From a virus: 28,351 nucleotides of DNA. Made by a program: the position numbers and the translations under genes. Location of the stretch: positions 1-28,351 of the IMG/VR virus record IMGVR_UViG_3300045988_146736. One strand, given 5' to 3'. Below are positions 23,396 through 28,351 of this stretch, piece after piece (within the stretch, counting starts at the first letter, position 1; every line of letters starts with the position of its first letter). The notes under the pieces were generated by a model. That model was not told the origin of the DNA. It did not search any database and was given only the letters and a program-made list of their open reading frames with translations.

Positions 23396-24804
23396 GCCTC
23401 CCGCGTCGTGGCGAGCTTATCCAGGCGGTCAAGGATCGACGTCGCGCCGGTCCGACGGGTTTCGGCTTGCATCTGGTCGATCTCTTGCTGCGTGAACCCC
23501 GCGCGGCGCATGCCGACCGTCGTCGTGGCGACGTCGGGCATGGCTTGGGCGATCTTGACAATGAAGTCGGACGACGCCTGCGGGGACACGTAGCGCGCGG
23601 GCGTCCAATTGACGGCGAGTTTCCAGGATTCGTCGGGCGCGGTGACCGAGTGGTCACGAACCATGACGACGTCCTCAATGATGCGGCGGAGCGCGGGCGT
23701 GAAAACGCGCCACTGGTACTCCGCTTCGTCCGATAGGGCGTATTCGGCGGCCTGCATGGCCTCGGCGGACGCGGGGTTGTCCGCGAAGATGCCGACGGAC
23801 GACGTCGGCATGTTCGTAGCCGAGCACAGATTTTGCGCGAGCTGCCGGTACATCGATAGGTGCGGGTCCATCGACAGTTGCGAAAACTGACCGACGGAGG
23901 GAATGTCGCCGTTTTCGTTGGGTGACAGGGCGAGGATGCGCCCGGTGATCGCCGACCAACGGTCAACGCCCGCGAAGGCGTCCTCATCCGCGCCGAGCAC
24001 GTACCGCTGCGGGGATGAGAAGAACTCGGCGGACGCTTCGGTTCGGACCATCGTCCTAATTGCACAGTCGGTCAGGTATCGCACCTCGCGGCTGATGCGG
24101 GAGCGCCCGAAGGGGCGGCTGATCTGCGGATCATAGGTCAGCATTTCGATCAGGACACGCCCGGCGGGGTTGGGGAGGCGTTGCACCTGCCACGCGCCGC
24201 GCTTGCCACGCGTTAGGCGGATCGTTTCGCCTGGGAGGAACAGTGTCGCGTCTGACGGTTCGACGAGGCGCGTGATGGTGTCCATGTCCCACCCGTCGCC
24301 GTCGGGCGACGTCGCGCCGTTGATCGCCAGGCCAGCGGTGACGCATCGGCGGCGCGTGTCCCACTGGACGGACGTCCAGCGGGCGTCGCGGGCCTGGATG
24401 ACTACGGGCGGTTCACCCGCCGCCGTGTCGCCCGCGCCGACGACGAGGAAGGAGCAGGAGTGCTTGTAGGCGGATTGGATTGCCTGCATGAGTTCGACGT
24501 CAAACGAGTTCCTAACCAGGAGTTCAGTGACGTCGAACGGGTCGAGCCGCCCGTCGAGGGAATACCCCTCAAAGACGTGCTTGCGGGCAAGTGTGGACAC
24601 GGCCTTCGCGGGCCACCCGAGGGCGGCGCGGACGCGGGCCATTTGGGGCGGGACGCTGATCCCGAGGTCCTGGAAGACGCGGTGACCGTCGTAGTAGGCG
24701 TTCAGTAGTTCATTCTTTGCGGCCTTAGTTTCGATGCGCTTCCATAGCGCCGCGAAAATGGCCTGCTCCGCGCCGGTCAGGGCGGCGATCACGGGGGCGG
24801 GCAT
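23392..24804 (-). CDS. Portal protein (470 aa)
   Basis: ORF 23392..24909 trimmed to the ATG at 24804 (GGAAAGGGA upstream). Size and position match the portal slot after the terminase. The sequence is SPP1 gp6-like in character. Confidence 0.8.
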   Translation of the reverse strand: MPAPVIAALTGAEQAIFAALWKRIETKAAKNELLNAYYDGHRVFQDLGISVPPQMARVRAALGWPAKAVSTLARKHVFEGYSLDGRLDPFDVTELLVRNSFDVELMQAIQSAYKHSCSFLVVGAGDTAAGEPPVVIQARDARWTSVQWDTRRRCVTAGLAINGATSPDGDGWDMDTITRLVEPSDATLFLPGETIRLTRGKRGAWQVQRLPNPAGRVLIEMLTYDPQISRPFGRSRISREVRYLTDCAIRTMVRTEASAEFFSSPQRYVLGADEDAFAGVDRWSAITGRILALSPNENGDIPSVGQFSQLSMDPHLSMYRQLAQNLCSATNMPTSSVGIFADNPASAEAMQAAEYALSDEAEYQWRVFTPALRRIIEDVVMVRDHSVTAPDESWKLAVNWTPARYVSPQASSDFIVKIAQAMPDVATTTVGMRRAGFTQQEIDQMQAETRRTGATSILDRLDKLATTREA

Positions 24805-24893
24805 AGGTTCCCTTTCCGGTTGGTTGACTTTTGTCTCCAATGGTACACACCGCCGCGCTGTGATAGGGGATCGGCATATCACACCGCCCACAT

Positions 24894-24922
24894 TGGCATT
24901 ATGCATCACATGTGCATATAAT
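24894..24922 (+). promoter_or_regulatory. Predicted promoter of the HTH gene (TGGCAT-17-TATAAT)
   Basis: -35 at 24894..24899 and a consensus -10 TATAAT at 24917..24922, 29 nt before the ATG. The leader AGACCGttcagAAAGGACCGAc resembles the early-cassette RBS block. Confidence 0.6.
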
Positions 24923-24951
24923 GATGCAAAGACCGTTCAGAAAGGACCGAC

Positions 24952-25269
24952 ATGACCGACATCGCCGAGCGCCGCTCGGACCTGCTGATTTCACAGACTG
25001 ACTTCGGGCGGCTCGCCGCCGGGGTGAAACAGACATCCGTCTCACGTTGGGAGCGGGGTAAGCACATCGAGCAATCTGACATGTTGGACAATGTGCTTGA
25101 CTCCGCCGAAGCAAAGCGGCGCGCGCTGACACGCTTCATTCACAAGGACCGACCGCGCTTCGCGGTCACGGAGGCCGATTATCGGGAGCGTTTCCCGGAT
25201 TATTGCCCAATCATCCCCTATGCCCTGTATCGCATCATTCATAACGCGGTACACGACATGACTACATGA
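24952..25269 (+). CDS. Cro/CI (XRE)-type helix-turn-helix regulator (105 aa)
   Basis: Motif ISQTDFGRLAAGVKQTSVSRWERGKH is a classic HTH_3 pattern. It is the only plus-strand gene in the late region, and its 3' end overlaps the terminase stop tail-to-tail by 8 nt. Confidence 0.8.
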   Translation: MTDIAERRSDLLISQTDFGRLAAGVKQTSVSRWERGKHIEQSDMLDNVLDSAEAKRRALTRFIHKDRPRFAVTEADYRERFPDYCPIIPYALYRIIHNAVHDMTT

Positions 25270-26788
25270 CGACAACGCCGCCGCCGCGCCGCCCCTGAGC
25301 GTTCCCACCACGGAGCGCACGGGGGCGGCGTCGCGTTGTACGGGCGATCCAGTACGCCGCCGACGCCGCGTCGAGCGGGGACGGGTCGCCGTCTTCTACG
25401 GTGGCCGCCCATCCCCAGGCCCCGTCCTGACCGCGCAGGCGCTTGTCGCACGTGGCTACCGCGCGGTTCAGGAGGTCGTCACGTTCGCCCTTCGGGTGGG
25501 TCAGGTGCTTTTCACGCACCGCATCGAGGAACAGGGACGTTGCCCCGAAATACTCGCCGGTACTCATGATGTGGATCATGGGCTTTGGGACGCCGCGCTC
25601 ACGCAGCGCTTCGGCGAGGACACCCGACCCGGCGCGCCCGAGGATCGCAATCTCCGCGATCCGGTGACGCCGTTCGGCGATCCAATCGGCGAGCTGCGCG
25701 ACGCCGACGTCCGCGCGCCCTGAGTACGCGCCGATTAGTTCGACGTGACCGCCGTCCTCGGTCCTGACCGCGCCCGCGACGGCCTGGTGAAGCCCGTCCG
25801 CCGTGAAGGACACGCCAATCGTGCGCACGCCCTCCGACTCATCCGGCGGCGTCGTGGTCGCCGTTGCCGACCATTGGGCGGGCGTAATCAGGCGCTTTGC
25901 GCCCGCGTCCTGACGCCAGATTCCGAGCCGGTCCTGTGCGAACCGTTCGGGCGTGTAGGTCTCGTATTCGCCTTGCACGACCTCGTGGTTAATTAGGCTG
26001 TTCCACGACGGGTTAGCCTGCCACCTGGTCAGCTCCGACGCCGGGTCGAAGTCGGCGGCGTCAGGGTCCGCGCCCCATTCGACCCACGCCGACGCCGTGG
26101 ACTTCCCCGACATGGCCGCCTTCCTGACCATGTCGAAGGTGTAGCAATCGTCCTCATCCTGTGGGGGCGTGCCGAGGAGCCACACCTGCGGGTTGGCGCG
26201 CGCGGATATCGTTGAGTTGATCGACGTCCACGCCCGGGACCCAAGGATCTGTGCCTCATCGAGGAGGAGGCAATCTGAGCTGAAACCCTTGCCGCCCGCG
26301 CCGGAGCGGGCCTTGAACTTGATCTTCGCGCCATTCTTGAACTTGACGGACTCGCGTCCAAAGGCGTTCATGACGCCGTTTTTTGCCAGGCGGTCACGGA
26401 GCCCCTGGTTTTCGTCGGCTTCGACGATCTCTAGGAGCTTTTCGAAGGTTTCGCGGGCCGTGTCTTGCTGATGGGCGGACACGACGATGAGGCGCTCCCC
26501 GAAAATCAATGCGCCCGCGAGCGCCCGCGCGACGAGGAGCTGGCTCTTGCCGTTCTGACGGGGCACGGACACGCCGACGCGCTTTGCCGCCCACGTGCCG
26601 TTTGCCTGTTCGCCCATCGCGGCGTCCAACACGAGCTCCTGCCACGGTAGGAGCGTGACGCCCAACATCGCGGACAGGTCGGCGACGTCTTCCCAGCCGT
26701 TAGACCGCTCGCCCTCGGGGCGGACGAGGACGCGCGGCGGGGCCTCCCCTAGCAGCGCGACGTCGGGCGAGTTCGTCGAACGGGTCAA
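25262..26788 (-). CDS. terL: Terminase large subunit (508 aa)
   Basis: Walker A-like VSVPRQNGKSQL, LLLDEAQ (Walker B), and a C-terminal nuclease-type region. The TTG start at 26788 is preceded by AGAAGGA. Confidence 0.85.
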   Translation of the reverse strand: MTRSTNSPDVALLGEAPPRVLVRPEGERSNGWEDVADLSAMLGVTLLPWQELVLDAAMGEQANGTWAAKRVGVSVPRQNGKSQLLVARALAGALIFGERLIVVSAHQQDTARETFEKLLEIVEADENQGLRDRLAKNGVMNAFGRESVKFKNGAKIKFKARSGAGGKGFSSDCLLLDEAQILGSRAWTSINSTISARANPQVWLLGTPPQDEDDCYTFDMVRKAAMSGKSTASAWVEWGADPDAADFDPASELTRWQANPSWNSLINHEVVQGEYETYTPERFAQDRLGIWRQDAGAKRLITPAQWSATATTTPPDESEGVRTIGVSFTADGLHQAVAGAVRTEDGGHVELIGAYSGRADVGVAQLADWIAERRHRIAEIAILGRAGSGVLAEALRERGVPKPMIHIMSTGEYFGATSLFLDAVREKHLTHPKGERDDLLNRAVATCDKRLRGQDGAWGWAATVEDGDPSPLDAASAAYWIARTTRRRPRALRGGNAQGRRGGGVVVM

Positions 26789-27188
26789 TTGCTGATTCCT
26801 TCTTACTGGCTTGTTCGGTCAGGGCGTTCAGCTCGGCTAGCGTGGCCCGGAATTGGCTTGCTAGCGGGCCTCGGCGGTCCGGTGGGGCGTCCTCGATGGA
26901 TGCCTTCAGGACCCCCGCTAGCCATTCTAATTCTTGCTGACGATTTTGGGGGAGGCTCACACGCCACTCGGAATGTGCCTCGATCACCTCGGGGCTGTCA
27001 TCGACCGGGCGCTCGGCTTGGTACTTCAGACGGCGGACGCGGTTCACCTCGTCGCGGTGTTTTTTCATGTACCGCCTGTTTTTCGCGTGGTCGCGACAGG
27101 TCTGTGAGCAATAGGTTTTCTTGCGTCCGCGCGCGGGCTGATCGAGCTCGGCTCCGCACTCGCGGCAGTGCGTCGGGGTGGGGGCCAT
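26700..27188 (-). CDS. terS: Putative terminase small subunit with N-terminal zinc ribbon (162 aa)
   Basis: CRECG...CSQTC zinc-ribbon-like N-terminus, a basic region, and a position immediately upstream of terL. GAAAGG RBS. Confidence 0.55.
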   Translation of the reverse strand: MAPTPTHCRECGAELDQPARGRKKTYCSQTCRDHAKNRRYMKKHRDEVNRVRRLKYQAERPVDDSPEVIEAHSEWRVSLPQNRQQELEWLAGVLKASIEDAPPDRRGPLASQFRATLAELNALTEQASKKESAIDPFDELARRRAARGGPAARPRPPRGRAV

Positions 27189-27224
27189 GTTCGACCTTTC
27201 TGTGTGTGTTTTTCGCTTTGCCTT

Positions 27225-27254
27225 GGGGGGTTCACGGGGGCCGGGGGGAGGGGG
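27225..27254 (+). other. G-quadruplex-type motif (G6-N5-G5-N2-G6-N1-G5) in the HNH-terS intergenic region
   Basis: ggggggttcacgggggccggggggaggggg, read directly from the sequence, followed by tg and a C6 run. Confidence 0.6.
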
Positions 27255-27268
27255 TGCCCCCCGTCACG

Positions 27269-27571
27269 TTACCAGGCTACCAGGGTTGTTGTGGTGCCTG
27301 TTCGGCGGCGCTTTGGAGCGTTGTTGCGCCCGTTCCCGCGCCGTTGATTGCATCGCCTGCATATCGTGCGCCCGTTGTCGAGCGTGTTCGTCCCGCCAAG
27401 CGACCACGGGGTGATGTGGTCGGGTTCGGGGCTGTCCGGTTGCAGGCTGGTGTCCCATGCGAGCGTGACGCCGCAGGTGGGGCAGGTGGTCTGTCCGGCG
27501 GCGCGGTCACGTTTAAGGACGGCTGCACGCCAGCGCTTGTGTCCGGTGGTTCCGGTCCTACTGGTGGTCAT
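27269..27571 (-). CDS. HNH endonuclease (100 aa)
   Basis: CPTCG ... DHITPWSLGGTNTLDNGRTICRRCN (paired CxxC plus the H-N-N/H core). Its position beside the terminase genes is as in cos-type HNH phages. Confidence 0.85.
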   Translation of the reverse strand: MTTSRTGTTGHKRWRAAVLKRDRAAGQTTCPTCGVTLAWDTSLQPDSPEPDHITPWSLGGTNTLDNGRTICRRCNQRRGNGRNNAPKRRRTGTTTTLVAW

Positions 27572-28043
27572 GGTGGGTGGGGGGGGTGGTTGTTGGCGGG
27601 GGGGGGGGTTTGTGGTCCCCCCCCGCCGGGGGGGGTAGAAGGGGGGGGCATTTGGCCAGGGGGTTGGGGGGGGGGGGGGGGGGTTTGTTGGCGGGCGCGC
27701 CGTGCGCTGGTGCGGGGCGCGGTTCCTTGGCGACCTTGGGGAACCGGAGGACGATCTTTTGGCCGGGCTGGCCGTTTTTGGTCGTGTAGGTTTCGAGGGC
27801 GAGGGCGCCCGTTGCGATCACGGGGTCCCCCTTGCGTAGGAGCTCGGCGGCGGCTTCGGCGTCGGCGTCCCATAGGGTCGCGTTGATCCACAGGGGCGCG
27901 CCGTCGTCCTCCCACTCGCCGGTCTGTCGGTTTTTGCGGCGGGGGGTGGCCGCGATGGATAGCTCGAGGACGGCGTGGCCGCCCTGTGTCCATCGGAGCA
28001 CGGGTTCGGCGATCCGGCCTGTGATGGTTGCTGTTGCTGGCAT
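27558..28043 (-). CDS. ssb: Single-stranded DNA-binding protein (OB fold) with a Pro-rich tail of uncertain reading frame (161 aa as read)
   Basis: The N-terminal 100 aa fit the SSB OB-fold pattern (ITGRIAEPVLRWTQGGHAV...LWDADAEAAAELLRKGDPVIATGAL). The C-terminus is encoded by C homopolymers and lacks the usual acidic tip. Confidence 0.75.
   Translation of the reverse strand: MPATATITGRIAEPVLRWTQGGHAVLELSIAATPRRKNRQTGEWEDDGAPLWINATLWDADAEAAAELLRKGDPVIATGALALETYTTKNGQPGQKIVLRFPKVAKEPRPAPAHGAPANKPPPPPPNPLAKCPPLLPPPAGGDHKPPPPPTTTPPTHHDHQ
27579..27683. repeat. Cluster of long G/C homopolymers (G8, G11, C8, G8, G8, G5, G18 on the plus strand)
   Basis: Counted directly: runs at 27579..27586, 27598..27608, 27617..27624, 27628..27635, 27641..27648, 27659..27663 and 27666..27683. 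Confidence 0.9.
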
Positions 28044-28058
28044 TGCAGGGCCTTTCGA

Positions 28059-28351
28059 TTAGTCGCGGGTGGGGAGGTTGCGTGATGCGCGGGCGATGTC
28101 CGCGAAGGCGCGCATCGGGTCATAGTTTCGGTACTCATCGATGATACGCTGCCGTTCGGCGTCGGTGTCGATGGTGTACTCGATGCGGAGCCCGACGTGG
28201 TGCGCGTCAACGTACTCGACGGCGGTCGGTTCAATGCTGATTGCTTCGGCGTCATCGGGTAGCTTGCGGAGGGCTTTGGCGATGTCGCGGAGCTTCACTG
28301 GCTTGTCGGACGCCCAGGTGATTGTCAGGATGCGCGTGTTTCGCGTGTTCA
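28059..28351 (-). CDS. Hypothetical protein, gene split by the linearisation point (97 aa when wrapped; start codon is 33,32,31)
   Basis: The frame of ORF 28059..28298 stays open to the window end. Bases 28350..28351 (equal to 31..32) plus base 33 form an ATG with GAAAGG (47..42) 8 nt upstream and an ATGA overlap with the stop of gene 30..233. The GTG at 28298 has no RBS. Confidence 0.65.
   Translation of the reverse strand, partial: NTRNTRILTITWASDKPVKLRDIAKALRKLPDDAEAISIEPTAVEYVDAHHVGLRIEYTIDTDAERQRIIDEYRNYDPMRAFADIARASRNLPTRD
28320..28351. repeat. Terminal direct repeat, copy 2
   Basis: Identical to 1..32. Confidence 0.9.

Noticed and set aside
24859-24883. TGTGATA-N11-TATCACA as a CRP/Crp-Fnr type site
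   Set aside because: The spacing between the TGTGA and TCACA half-sites is 15 nt, not the 6 nt of CRP-family sites. It is retained only as a candidate operator for the adjacent HTH protein.
24805-24951. A minus-strand TTGCAT (24929..24924) as the -35 of a dedicated portal promoter
   Set aside because: The only good -10-like hexamer (CATAAT) is 20 nt away, which is too far, and hexamers at 17-18 nt are poor. This remains unresolved and needs TSS mapping.
26789-27886. 365-aa plus-strand ORF
   Set aside because: It is antisense to terS, HNH and SSB, all of which carry recognisable motifs. Its translation is Gly/Arg/Pro low-complexity sequence driven by the homopolymer tracts.

Overview
The window is a visibly GC-rich, gene-dense dsDNA tailed-phage genome (siphovirus-type, actinobacterial style, extended GAAAGGA(GG) Shine-Dalgarno sites). 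It looks complete. Bases 1..32 are identical to 28320..28351, and one gene reads across that junction, giving about 28,319 bp of unique sequence.

Most genes lie on the minus strand in one long series:
- Replication organiser operon (1923 down to 30), wrapping to 28351, then SSB, HNH endonuclease, small and large terminase.
- Portal, MuF-like head protein, scaffold, major capsid and four head-tail joining genes.
- Major tail protein, frameshifted tail chaperones, tape measure and five tail-tip genes.
- A 29-aa ORF, CHAP endolysin, holin and a membrane coiled-coil protein.
- Two further minus-strand units: an orphan DPPY DNA methyltransferase, and a recombination operon (ERF annealase, PD-(D/E)XK exonuclease, RusA).

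Three plus-strand insertions interrupt this series: island 1 (2504..4374), island 2 (8723..9489) and a lone Cro/CI-type HTH gene (24952..25269) lying antisense between the terminase and portal genes.

I see no integrase, partition genes, DNA polymerase, primase, helicase, tRNA or CRISPR array.

The signals most worth follow-up:
1. An ~80-bp promoter / 5' hairpin / RBS cassette present three times. Two copies drive paralogous, strongly acidic proteins of unknown function that head the two plus-strand islands.
2. A dense array of at least 15 GTCAC(G/A)C motifs with AT-rich patches in the 580-bp gap beside the replication gene.
3. A cluster of G/C homopolymers (up to G18) in the SSB 3' end. All three reading frames stay open across it, and one of them runs into the HNH gene.
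4. The antisense HTH regulator, with a near-consensus promoter and flanking dyads.
5. A G-quadruplex-type motif in the HNH-terminase gap, where a cos site would be expected.

All functional calls come from motif recognition by eye and from synteny. No database search was run.
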